Of a stretch of DNA of 64,000 nt, positions 21,116-30,337 are shown piece after piece (the stretch's first letter is position 1; each line of letters starts with the position of its first letter). The position numbers and the translations under genes were made by a program. The notes beneath the pieces were generated by a model. It was given only the letters and a program-made list of their open reading frames with translations. It had not been told where the DNA came from and ran no database searches. Source of the DNA: a bacterium (GTDB lineage: Bacteria > Patescibacteriota > Minisyncoccia > Phycocordibacterales > UBA12088). Location: assembly GCA_003252295.1 (NCBI GenBank), contig QKEV01000017.1:100488-164487 (forward strand), written 5' to 3'.

Positions 21116-22942
21116 ATGGGATTGTTTTCATTTCACAAAAAAGACGAACTAGGTGAGGATTTCGATACTGGATCTGTTGTTCCTGAAGACCTATACGATA
21201 TCAGCAACCTTGAACTTAAAGATGTTCTTGCTCCATCAGCATTGCAGATCACTCCTCGTGAACTCAATCTTGGTGAACAGGTTGCACGAATGTTCTTTAT
21301 CATCTCGTTTCCACGGTACCTCACAGAAAACTGGTTTTCTCCTATCATCAATCTTGAAAAGGTTTTTGATGTTTCTATCTTCATACACCCTATTGATACT
21401 GCTCCAGTACTTAAGAAATTCCAAAAAAAGGTTGCTGAAGTGCAAAGCCAGATACATGAACGAGAGTCAAAAGGTATGGTACGTGACCCGAAACTTGATG
21501 CTGCTTACGAGAACCTTGAAGAACTGCGTGACTCATTACAGCAGGCAGAACAGAGACTTTTTGATGTTGGTGTATACATATCAGTATATGCAAAAACAAA
21601 AGAAGAGCTCGATAAAGCAGAAGATCATGTAAAAAGCATGCTCGAGTCACAACTCATTTACCTCAAACCTGCACTCTTTCAACAAGACCAAGGATATCGA
21701 AGTATCCTTCCTCTCTGTACCGACGAACTCTTTGTTCACAGCAAACTAAACAGTTCTCCACTCTCTTCGATCTTTCCTTTTATATCATTCGACCTCACTG
21801 CAGAAAACGGTATATTGTACGGTATAAACATGCACAACAGCTCGCTTGTGCTCTTCGACCGATACTCAATGGAAAACTACAACTCGGTACTCTTTGCAAA
21901 ATCTGGTTCTGGTAAAAGTTACTGTACAAAACTGGAGATACTCCGTTCACTCATGTTTGATACTGAGGTTATTGTTATTGATCCTGAACGTGAGTACGAG
22001 TATATGGCAAGTGCCACAGGTGGTCGGTACTTCAATATTTCACTTTCTTCAGAGCATCACATTAATCCTTTTGATCTTCCTCCAGTTCATGAAGACGAAA
22101 GTCCTGCAGATATACTACGTCAGAACATTATTACTTTGGTAGGACTCTTCCGAATCATCCTTGGAGGACTCACACCGGAAGAGGATTCACTTATTGATAG
22201 GGCTATTACTGAAACCTATGCGCTCAAAGACATAACCGGTCATAGTGATTTTACCAACCACACACCACCACTCCTTTCTGACTTTGAACTCGTACTGAGT
22301 GGTATGGAAGGAAGTGAGTCACTACTCTTACGTCTTGCCAAGTACACACGTGGTACATGGGCAGGGTTCATCAACAAACCAACAAACGTTGATATTAACA
22401 AAAAGTTTGTTGTGTTTTCAGTGCGAGACATGGAAGAAGACCTCAAACCTGCTGCTATGTATATAGTCACCAACTACATATGGACTGCTGTACGTCGTGA
22501 ACTCAAAAAACGACTTTTGGTGGTAGATGAGGCGTGGTTCATGATGAAAACAGATGATACAGCGGGCTTTCTCTATAGTGTTGCAAAACGTGGACGTAAG
22601 TACTTCCTTGGTCTCGCAACCATCACCCAAGACGTTGATGACTTCCTCAAATCACCGTATGGAGTACCTATTCTACAAAACTCATCTATACAGATACTCC
22701 TAAAACAATCACCAACTGCAATGGATAGGGTACAGGAAACATTCCATCTCACTGATGAGGAGAAGTATCTCCTCCTTGAGTCACAAGTAGGGGAAGGTAT
22801 CTTCTTTGCAGGTAGTAAACATGTTGCAATCAAAGTAATCGCATCATATACAGAAGACCAGATTATTACCTCTGACCCATCACAACTTTTAGCCATCAAA
22901 AAAGAACAAGAGAACTTGGGGGGTGGTAGTGCTACAATGTAA
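21116..22942 (+). CDS. virB4: VirB4-family T4SS ATPase
   Basis: Walker A AKSGSGKS, IDPEREY, INPFD, Walker B VVDEAW, RGRKY, TITQDV. Confidence 0.9.
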   Translation: MGLFSFHKKDELGEDFDTGSVVPEDLYDISNLELKDVLAPSALQITPRELNLGEQVARMFFIISFPRYLTENWFSPIINLEKVFDVSIFIHPIDTAPVLKKFQKKVAEVQSQIHERESKGMVRDPKLDAAYENLEELRDSLQQAEQRLFDVGVYISVYAKTKEELDKAEDHVKSMLESQLIYLKPALFQQDQGYRSILPLCTDELFVHSKLNSSPLSSIFPFISFDLTAENGILYGINMHNSSLVLFDRYSMENYNSVLFAKSGSGKSYCTKLEILRSLMFDTEVIVIDPEREYEYMASATGGRYFNISLSSEHHINPFDLPPVHEDESPADILRQNIITLVGLFRIILGGLTPEEDSLIDRAITETYALKDITGHSDFTNHTPPLLSDFELVLSGMEGSESLLLRLAKYTRGTWAGFINKPTNVDINKKFVVFSVRDMEEDLKPAAMYIVTNYIWTAVRRELKKRLLVVDEAWFMMKTDDTAGFLYSVAKRGRKYFLGLATITQDVDDFLKSPYGVPILQNSSIQILLKQSPTAMDRVQETFHLTDEEKYLLLESQVGEGIFFAGSKHVAIKVIASYTEDQIITSDPSQLLAIKKEQENLGGGSATM

Positions 22943-22944
22943 CC

Positions 22945-23565
22945 ATGCCAAGAGAGCAAGGAAAAAAGTATAGGGTATCAAAAAAAGAAGGGCGTTTGAT
23001 GATTTTTGTTGGTGTACTGTTTGACCTTACACCTATACTCCTTGTGGTTTTAGCTGTTGTTGTGATTGTTATGCTTGGAGGTGACATAATTGGCGGCGCT
23101 CAACATTTACAGCAAGCCCAGGATACGAGCGGTTTTTGGAAAAGCACTTGGAATCCTTTCAGTGGTTTTTACAGAGCGTACCACAATATAGTTGGTGACG
23201 CTAAAATCGTTGGTGGTGTTGTTGGCGGTGGACTTGTTGGTATATTTTTGGGTCCTGTTATCTACACACTTGGTTCTTGGGTTAGCACTTTCTTTGCATA
23301 TATATTTTTTACCATTTGGTTTTTATTCCGAGGCGTCTTTATTTGGTCGTTCACTTCGCCAAGTAGATTGGCAATAACGACAACCACTTTAGTTATTGAG
23401 AACATTCCTGTTGTTGACCTGTTACCAGGAACCACATTCATGGTTTGGCGCCATATCAAGAAATCAAGGACAGAAGATGACAAAAAACACAATGAAAATA
23501 TTGCTAGTTTGAATGCCGTAGCAGGCAGAAGTATCCCTCGTTACATGAAGGCACAAACCGTATAG
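22945..23565 (+). CDS. Hypothetical membrane protein
   Basis: Several hydrophobic segments; E.IP..DLLP motif. Confidence 0.7.
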   Translation: MPREQGKKYRVSKKEGRLMIFVGVLFDLTPILLVVLAVVVIVMLGGDIIGGAQHLQQAQDTSGFWKSTWNPFSGFYRAYHNIVGDAKIVGGVVGGGLVGIFLGPVIYTLGSWVSTFFAYIFFTIWFLFRGVFIWSFTSPSRLAITTTTLVIENIPVVDLLPGTTFMVWRHIKKSRTEDDKKHNENIASLNAVAGRSIPRYMKAQTV

Positions 23566-23617
23566 GTTATCCTCAACTCAGAAAAACAGAGCTAACCATA
23601 TACGGTATACTTACAGT

Positions 23618-24679
23618 ATGTATATGACATTATCTAAAAAAACATTTGTTTCCGCTCTTGTTTTTTTTACATCAATGCTTGTTGTTTTTTTTGTGTTTCA
23701 ACAAACATCATTCGCGCAAAGCGTTGAGAAAGGTTCTCTTGTTTTTTCTCCTGAGTATCCAAGTCCTGGTGAAAATGTAACAGTAAAACTTGATGCATAT
23801 AGTGTAGATTTTGATACAGCACTGGTAACATGGAAAGTAAATGGTGAAGTTGTTCAGCAGTCTTATTCAGAAAAAACATATATTTTTAAAGCAGGTCCTG
23901 CTGGTACAAAATACACAGTAAGTGTATCTGTTAAAGATGGGGAAGGGAGAACGGTATTTAAGGAAGCCAGTGTTGTGGTCAGTGATATTAACATTGTCTG
24001 GGAGGGAAGGACATACACACCACCGTTCTACAAAGGACGTGCGTTATACTCACCAGGTGCAGAAATTGCTATACAAGTACTACCCACAATAACTAAAAGT
24101 AATGGAACCCTCTACGCCACTGACGAGCTTTCATATGCATGGTTTGTAAATGACTCAAACGTTGCTTCAGAGAGAGGAAAAGGTAAACATTCTGTGGTTC
24201 TTTTAGGCACTAATCCACAACAACCTCTCAAGATATACCTAGAGATCAAAGACCCAGCAGGGAAGGTACGTGCATCAAGAAAATTTGTCATCCCTACTTC
24301 ACAACCTACACTCATGCTCTATGAAAGCAGTCCTTATGTTGGTGTTCGTTATGATGTTGCCATTGGAACAATATTAAGTGTATACAATACAGGCGACGAA
24401 GCCTCAAATATGTCTATTGTTGCAGAACCGTATTTTATGAGTGCAGGAAGGAGAGACGATGCAACACTTGAGTATGATTGGCGTATTGGAGACTCGAAGA
24501 AGGATTCTGCAGGAACACTTACTCTTGGGTCTGAAGGGTCAGGAACTGGTTCTACAAACCTCAGTGTAACTATTGATAGTAGAGACTACTGGTTGCAAAG
24601 TGTACGTAAAGATATAACTGTTCAATATGGAAGTATAAGTAATTGGGCACTCCAAAGTAGTAACACAGAAGCATTATGA
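23618..24679 (+). CDS. Secreted Ig-like beta-rich hypothetical protein
   Basis: Signal peptide SFA; SPEYPSPGENVTV, WEGRTYTPPFYKGRAL, AEPYF. Confidence 0.7.
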   Translation: MYMTLSKKTFVSALVFFTSMLVVFFVFQQTSFAQSVEKGSLVFSPEYPSPGENVTVKLDAYSVDFDTALVTWKVNGEVVQQSYSEKTYIFKAGPAGTKYTVSVSVKDGEGRTVFKEASVVVSDINIVWEGRTYTPPFYKGRALYSPGAEIAIQVLPTITKSNGTLYATDELSYAWFVNDSNVASERGKGKHSVVLLGTNPQQPLKIYLEIKDPAGKVRASRKFVIPTSQPTLMLYESSPYVGVRYDVAIGTILSVYNTGDEASNMSIVAEPYFMSAGRRDDATLEYDWRIGDSKKDSAGTLTLGSEGSGTGSTNLSVTIDSRDYWLQSVRKDITVQYGSISNWALQSSNTEAL

Positions 24680-25056
24680 TTCAACAAATAGTAAAAAAGG
24701 GTGGTTTGATTGGTATGACACTACTCACACCATTAGTAAGTTTTGCTAATGGTAGTGGTAATGACTATCACACACTCACAGAAGGTGGTATACCGCTTGT
24801 TGATACAGCAACCATGGATATGAGTGGTCTTTTAAATGCACTGTTTGCTATTTCTGTCGTTGTTGCTGCAATTCTTGCAGTTATTATGCTGGCGATAGGT
24901 GGTTTTCGTTACATGACAAGTGAATCTGTATTCAATATGGGTAATGCGCGCGAACAAATCTCGAACGCTATCATTGGCTTACTCATTGTCCTCGTTTCTG
25001 TCCTTATTCTCTACACTATTAATCCTGATATAGTTCAACTCAAATTGTTTAATTAG
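24676..25056 (+). CDS. VirB2/TrbC-like T4SS pilin
   Basis: LAVIML.IGGFRYMTS....AREQISNAIIGLLIVL.S.LIL.TINP. Confidence 0.85.
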   Translation: MIQQIVKKGGLIGMTLLTPLVSFANGSGNDYHTLTEGGIPLVDTATMDMSGLLNALFAISVVVAAILAVIMLAIGGFRYMTSESVFNMGNAREQISNAIIGLLIVLVSVLILYTINPDIVQLKLFN

Positions 25057-25062
25057 TTGCGT

Positions 25063-26337
25063 ATGTTTGATTTTCTAAAAGGTAATAAAACAGTAACAGG
25101 GGCACTCATACTTGGTCTAATTTTTGTTGCTATTATTTTTCTCATAATGCTTACTGCAGGGGGAGACACTACAAACACAGTAATCAATGAAGATGATCCT
25201 ATTTTTGCTAACACAGATGAAGAACGTACTTTTGATCCTGGGGTACAAAACATCTTTGGCCCGGTTGACCCAGAAAAGTGGGTTGAACAGGAAGGTTCAC
25301 AAGAAGCAGCTCCTTTTCTTCGTGCTATTACTGAAGATCCTGTTGTAAGTGCTGTTGCTTTTACAAAAACAAATGGTGTATCGAATCTGCCATATGTTCG
25401 TTTTACTACACTCAATGATGGAAACATACACGAGACACCACTTCAGGTTGTTGGTACCATTGAGAAGATCTCCGATCTTAAAACACTTCGTGTTGGTGAT
25501 GTTGTATGGAGTAGAAATGGAAACTTTTCTCTCACTCGTTACCTAGATAATACAAATACAGAAATTGCTACACAGCTTTTTGATTTACGTAAAGGAACCT
25601 CTACTGAAGATGTGAGTAGAGCTATTAGTGATACTATTATCTCTACCACTTTTTCACCAGACGAAAAAGAATTCTTTTCACTAGTGAAAACGAGTGAAGG
25701 TGTTACAGGTTACCTTGAGTCAGTAGAGAAGGGGACAAGAACTGCTGTATGGTCATCCATTTTTAAGAACGTAACAGTATTATGGGATGCAGAGAATAAG
25801 ATTGTTATATACACCAACCCGTCTTCAGTAACTGAAGGTGTTATATGGGTACTCAACCCATATACAAAGAAGGAAACTGTTGTGCTTACTGGGAAGCGCG
25901 CACTTGCTGCAAAAATGTCCCCAGATGGAAAGAAATTACTCTACTCTATGCAAGAGGAACAAACTGACGCTTTCTCACTTCGCACATTTGATATGGAAAC
26001 TGGTGAAGTATTCACACTACCGCTTATTGGTTTTGTAGATAAGTGTACTTGGGCACAAAGTGATTCTAATAATATTTACTGTGCTATACCAAAAGAAGAG
26101 ATTGAGGGTGAGTTCATGGAAAAATGGTACATGGGTGCTGAATACACAAATGACACCCTTTGGCGAATAGATGCAGAAAGCGGTACAACAAAAGAACTAC
26201 TCGATCCAGAAGAAGAAACGGGAGAAACATTTGATATTACAAATCTTTCTGTAGACCCTGGAGAAAACTATCTTGTATTCACCTCAAGAGTGAATCGTGC
26301 CTTGTGGTCATTCAAACTTTCAGGAACAGCTCAGTAA
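25063..26337 (+). CDS. Membrane-anchored beta-propeller (TolB/WD40-like) protein
   Basis: N-terminal TM helix; WSRNG, FSPDEK, SPDGKK blades; KCTW...IYCAIP. Confidence 0.7.
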   Translation: MFDFLKGNKTVTGALILGLIFVAIIFLIMLTAGGDTTNTVINEDDPIFANTDEERTFDPGVQNIFGPVDPEKWVEQEGSQEAAPFLRAITEDPVVSAVAFTKTNGVSNLPYVRFTTLNDGNIHETPLQVVGTIEKISDLKTLRVGDVVWSRNGNFSLTRYLDNTNTEIATQLFDLRKGTSTEDVSRAISDTIISTTFSPDEKEFFSLVKTSEGVTGYLESVEKGTRTAVWSSIFKNVTVLWDAENKIVIYTNPSSVTEGVIWVLNPYTKKETVVLTGKRALAAKMSPDGKKLLYSMQEEQTDAFSLRTFDMETGEVFTLPLIGFVDKCTWAQSDSNNIYCAIPKEEIEGEFMEKWYMGAEYTNDTLWRIDAESGTTKELLDPEEETGETFDITNLSVDPGENYLVFTSRVNRALWSFKLSGTAQ

Positions 26338-26350
26338 AGTGCATCTACAC

Positions 26351-26384
26351 AAACAACCACCTGTATACAGGTGGTTGTTGTTTT
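26351..26384. terminator. Hairpin between convergent operons
   Basis: AACAACCACCTG-tata-CAGGTGGTTGTT plus T tract. Confidence 0.75.
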
Positions 26385-26404
26385 ATTTTGTGAAGTATTA
26401 GTAT

Positions 26405-26857
26405 CTACTGCGCGTATCGTAGAACTATGTGACGTGCTTTTCCAACACCTTCTGATTCAGTTGCTATTTCTGAATCCTCACTAAACAGTGAATGCACTAT
26501 CATTCTTTCATATGCCGACATGGGTGTCATAGCAGCACTTGATTTAAAGGTTCGCACCCTATCAGCAAGGAGTTTTGCTTTTTGTTCAATACTCTGAATA
26601 TGTTTATGTTGGTACCCATTTACATCTATCATGAATTTACTGTCTTTTTCTCCAGTCTTTTTCTCTACACTTCTTCGAATAAGGTAGTTGAGTGATCGCA
26701 AATGGTCTCCATGCGGCCCTATGAGCTGCTTACTGTCAGCAGTACGTATATTGAACATAGTGTGTGCACCAGTTGTAACAATCTCAACAGCATCAATAGA
26801 GATACCTAGTGTCTGTACAAATTCTTGTATGTATTCTTGTAGTGATGTGTCATCCAT
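26405..26857 (-). CDS. jag: Jag/KhpB-like KH + R3H RNA-binding protein (short form)
   Basis: LIGPHG..L.SL, DVNGY, PMSAYERMIVH, TESEG; downstream of yidC. Confidence 0.88.
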   Translation of the reverse strand: MDDTSLQEYIQEFVQTLGISIDAVEIVTTGAHTMFNIRTADSKQLIGPHGDHLRSLNYLIRRSVEKKTGEKDSKFMIDVNGYQHKHIQSIEQKAKLLADRVRTFKSSAAMTPMSAYERMIVHSLFSEDSEIATESEGVGKARHIVLRYAQ

Positions 26858-26861
26858 AGTT

Positions 26862-27611
26862 CTATTCTTCTGTTACAGGTTTGGTAGCTTTGTTTTCAGC
26901 CTCGAGTGTACGCTTTACATACAACTCCTGACCAATAGCAAAGATATTACTCGTAATCCAGTAAAGTGCAACCGCCGCGCTCGCAACGTACGCTACAAAC
27001 ATGATAACAAACGGTAATACATACTTAACTTGTGTTTGCATGGAACGAGCAAAATCATCCTGAAACGTTGCATTTTCCTCCCGTGGTTGTAGTGGTGGCA
27101 TAGCAAACCGTGCCTGAAAGTGCTGTGTTACCCCGGCAAAGAATGCAAGTAGTTTGCTTTTTCCAGCCATATCAATAAGTCCCAGGAACATCATCGAAAC
27201 ACTTCCTGGTTCTGGAACAAACGAGTAGAGTAAGTCAGTTTGAATTTCTGGAAGTCCACCCTTTGAGAATACGTAAAACAAACCAAGAATGACCGGTATC
27301 TGAATAAAGAGTGTAACAAAACTTGAAAATGGATTAATGTTCTTTTCACGATACAATTCAAGCATCTTTTTACCTTGCTCCTCTCTATCATCCTTATACT
27401 TCTCACGTATCTCTTTCATAGGACCCTCTATCTCCTTCATGAGACGCTGAGTTCGTGCCGCTTTAAGTGAAAGAGGGGAAAGAGCGGTTTTTACCACCAC
27501 AGTTAAAATAACCACTGCTATACCCACATCAACCCAACTCCCAAACTCTAATAAACCAATGAGACCATTGTAGAGTGGTGTCACTATTATTGTGTGAAAA
27601 ATTGCAGACAT
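26862..27611 (-). CDS. yidC: YidC/Oxa1 membrane protein insertase
   Basis: ELYREKNINPFS, IQIPV, ALYWITSN. Confidence 0.95.
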   Translation of the reverse strand: MSAIFHTIIVTPLYNGLIGLLEFGSWVDVGIAVVILTVVVKTALSPLSLKAARTQRLMKEIEGPMKEIREKYKDDREEQGKKMLELYREKNINPFSSFVTLFIQIPVILGLFYVFSKGGLPEIQTDLLYSFVPEPGSVSMMFLGLIDMAGKSKLLAFFAGVTQHFQARFAMPPLQPREENATFQDDFARSMQTQVKYVLPFVIMFVAYVASAAVALYWITSNIFAIGQELYVKRTLEAENKATKPVTEE

Positions 27612-27637
27612 TATGTTCGTTATTTTACCTTACAAAA

Positions 27638-27967
27638 TTACCTTTTGCTATGTATTTTACGTAAGAGAACTTCTAGTTCTTCTTGTAAATCCTGGTATGA
27701 CAAACTAGTACATGTAGGTTTTGTAAATACTGCAATATGTATATTTTCTATAAGTGTAAGATTCTTACCAAGGATTGAAAATATCCTTCTGCGAAACTTA
27801 TTCCTCAAAACAGCTTTGTTTGCTATTTTCTTGCTGACCACAACACCTAGTTTAGTTTCCTTGGCAGGCAGATATGTCAGTGATAGTGAAGTACTATGAA
27901 TACGTTTACCCTGTTGTAATAGGGAAGTGAAGTCTCTTCTGCTAAGTTTTTGTTTTTTCTTTACCAT
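27638..27967 (-). CDS. rnpA: Ribonuclease P protein component
   Basis: GVVVSKKIANKAVLRNKFRR; synteny rpmH-rnpA-yidC. Confidence 0.93.
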   Translation of the reverse strand: MVKKKQKLSRRDFTSLLQQGKRIHSTSLSLTYLPAKETKLGVVVSKKIANKAVLRNKFRRRIFSILGKNLTLIENIHIAVFTKPTCTSLSYQDLQEELEVLLRKIHSKR

Positions 27968-28021
27968 ACGTATTTCACTAGTATATACAAAAAAACGCGC
28001 TCTGCGCGATTTTTTGTTGTT

Positions 28022-28159
28022 TTACACTGCTAGTTTCTTTCGTCCCTTAGCTCGCCTACGCTTCACTACTCGTTTTCCTCCTGGTGTGCGCATACGTACG
28101 AGAAAACCATGTGTTGTCTTCCTCTTTTTCTTTTTTGGTTGGTATGTTCGTTTTGGCAT
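28022..28159 (-). CDS. rpmH: 50S ribosomal protein L34 (not in the ORF track)
   Basis: Manual translation [45 protein letters not shown]. Confidence 0.97.
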   Translation of the reverse strand: MPKRTYQPKKKKRKTTHGFLVRMRTPGGKRVVKRRRAKGRKKLAV

Positions 28160-28210
28160 AATCTCTACTGTTTATGTGCGGGTCACTATACCACATGAGC
28201 TACAAAAAGC

Positions 28211-28240
28211 AAAACTGCCGTCTCACATAGAGACGGCAGT
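28211..28240 (-). terminator. Terminator of the SPFH gene pair
   Basis: ACTGCCGTCTC-loop-GAGACGGCAGT followed by a T tract on the minus strand. Confidence 0.7.
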
Positions 28241-28256
28241 CAAAAGAACACTGTTT

Positions 28257-28673
28257 TTACCAGTTGGTTTTATACAACTTAAAAACTAACAGGACAACAA
28301 AAATTACAAGTGCAGCGGAATAGATTGTGTGGTTCACTGTCCACCAGTTATACCTTTTTGTTTCATTACCTATAAGGTTCCAAAACAAGAAAGATAAACA
28401 GAGAAGACCAAAGATGGGAAGAATATTTTTAATTAACTTCCACAGGTCATCCGACTGGAACAGGACACACGCAAGGAAAAGTGCTCCTGCTACAAGCACC
28501 ATCCTCCCAACAGTACCTGTTGGGGTAACAGGCAACTTAAACCAATTTGCTGTTTTCGGCACTGTTTCATTCCCAAAACCGGTTCCACTACTCCTATTGT
28601 TTTGAACATAGAAGATGGAACCGATCGCAACTCCTACTATAACCATAAGTGCAAGGATTGTGAGTTCATTCAT
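28257..28673 (-). CDS. Hypothetical membrane protein (about 4 TM)
   Basis: Hydrophobic segments; AGGAG SD; 4-nt overlap with the SPFH gene. Confidence 0.65.
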   Translation of the reverse strand: MNELTILALMVIVGVAIGSIFYVQNNRSSGTGFGNETVPKTANWFKLPVTPTGTVGRMVLVAGALFLACVLFQSDDLWKLIKNILPIFGLLCLSFLFWNLIGNETKRYNWWTVNHTIYSAALVIFVVLLVFKLYKTNW

Positions 28674-30043
28674 TGTCTGTCTCCTGAGGTTGATTCTCCA
28701 GACGGTGCTGTTGCATCACTGGATACTTTTGTTGCAGTTTCTTTCTTCTTAGCAGCGAGCTGTTCGAAAGCTTGCTGCATAGCAGTGAAGTATGCCGATG
28801 TTGTTGCAGGATCCATCGGACTACCTGGTTGTCCAGAACCTGGTAGTATTGCATATGTTGACTTCTCCATTCCTTCACGTATCTGTTGGATACCGAGCAT
28901 CGCAAGTGCTTGTTCTTCGGTAAAACCAAGACCCCCATCCTCTTTACTCTTTTGTGCAAGAATGAGAGCATCAACGAGCCCTTGAGAGCTTGCAGCAGCG
29001 GCAGCTCTTTCACCTACCGCTTGTTCTCTTAACTCCTCACCTTTACTCTTACCTTTAAGACGTCCTGTTTCAACTCCAACATGTGCTGATGTTCTATCAG
29101 CAAGAGCTTCGTTTACTCTTTTGGGTAGATCAAACCCCTTCACCTTCACGCTCATTTTTGAGAAACCACAACCATCCCTGTACCTATCCATTTGCTGTTC
29201 AGCGTTTGTATTAATTCTTTTCCACTTCTTAAACACTTCGGATGGTGTCTTGTTGACAACATCCCTTCGAACAGCAGTGACCACTGAGTCATCAGTGATC
29301 TCAATGAAGTTTCTAATACTGCCAACCTGCTCAATAAACTGCCGAAATGCTCCAGGTTTGCTGTCTAACTTAATCTGAAGTGCGATCGTTCCCTCAAGTG
29401 TGAGACGCCCAGTCTGTAAAGGATCATTTTCATCTGTCTCATCTTTTTTGGGAAACGCAGTTGTCATTCTGAGTGTTTTGTTTTGAACTTTTCCATCACT
29501 GCCTGGTTCCCAGAGCTCTGGGTAGAGCCAAGGTGTATCCTTAGGGATTTCTATATTCATCTCATTTGAAGATACTTTTTGCAATGAGCAAATGAACGGG
29601 GGAACATAGAGTAAGCCAGGTTTCGTTTGAAACAAAAACCTGCCAAACTGAAATATTCCACCAACCTCATTTTGCTGCTGTGTCCGTAGTGAGGCAATGG
29701 TATACACAATTTGTACACACAACAACACCATACCAATTGATATACCCACCTTTTCTTCACCAAACTCAAGTAAGTCAGGTATGGGAAGTAGGAAAGAAAA
29801 AAGTATAAGTATTAAAAATACTGTATTTAATACAGTACATTTCAATATAAAACTCATTCTTTCAACTTCTCCTTGCACTGCATACTCCCGTTGTTGCTTT
29901 TGTTCCTCAGTTTCATTTGGAACAGGTTCACTTATGTTTGCATCAACTGCAACTTCTCCATTTTCTTTCATCTCAATTTTCCAACCAAACAATGCAAAAA
30001 ACTGCTTGAAAAGTTTGAATAATATCTTAGTAATCCATTCCAT
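28670..30043 (-). CDS. SPFH/Band-7 domain membrane protein
   Basis: Two TM helices then EVGGIFQFGRF...PGL.YVPPF, DLP..V.EAL and a coiled coil; AGGAGGTG SD. Confidence 0.75.
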   Translation of the reverse strand: MEWITKILFKLFKQFFALFGWKIEMKENGEVAVDANISEPVPNETEEQKQQREYAVQGEVERMSFILKCTVLNTVFLILILFSFLLPIPDLLEFGEEKVGISIGMVLLCVQIVYTIASLRTQQQNEVGGIFQFGRFLFQTKPGLLYVPPFICSLQKVSSNEMNIEIPKDTPWLYPELWEPGSDGKVQNKTLRMTTAFPKKDETDENDPLQTGRLTLEGTIALQIKLDSKPGAFRQFIEQVGSIRNFIEITDDSVVTAVRRDVVNKTPSEVFKKWKRINTNAEQQMDRYRDGCGFSKMSVKVKGFDLPKRVNEALADRTSAHVGVETGRLKGKSKGEELREQAVGERAAAAASSQGLVDALILAQKSKEDGGLGFTEEQALAMLGIQQIREGMEKSTYAILPGSGQPGSPMDPATTSAYFTAMQQAFEQLAAKKKETATKVSSDATAPSGESTSGDRQ

Positions 30044-30250
30044 ATCACACCTCCTGTGTGCTTGTTTTCTGTCAAAAAACTGTTATTTTTACCTGTTTAT
30101 ATTATACCATATTGTATAAAAAAATCAAGTATTTTATATTACTTTACTGTATTTTTTGTGTAAGTTTTTATACACTTATCATACACACAACCTTAACTAC
30201 TAATGGTAGAAATTTGTGAAAATAACAAGAAAGACTAAGAGTGTATTAAC

Positions 30251-30316
30251 TTTTCCACAAACTATCCACAAAAAACCTCATAAAGTCTTTCTTTTGTGAA
30301 CTGGTATTGTGGAAAA
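30251..30316. promoter_or_regulatory. DnaA boxes upstream of dnaA
   Basis: TTTTCCACA 30251, CTATCCACA 30262, TGTGGAAAA 30308 in an AT-rich intergenic region. Confidence 0.75.
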
Positions 30317-30337
30317 CTTCCCTTATAATTACAAACT

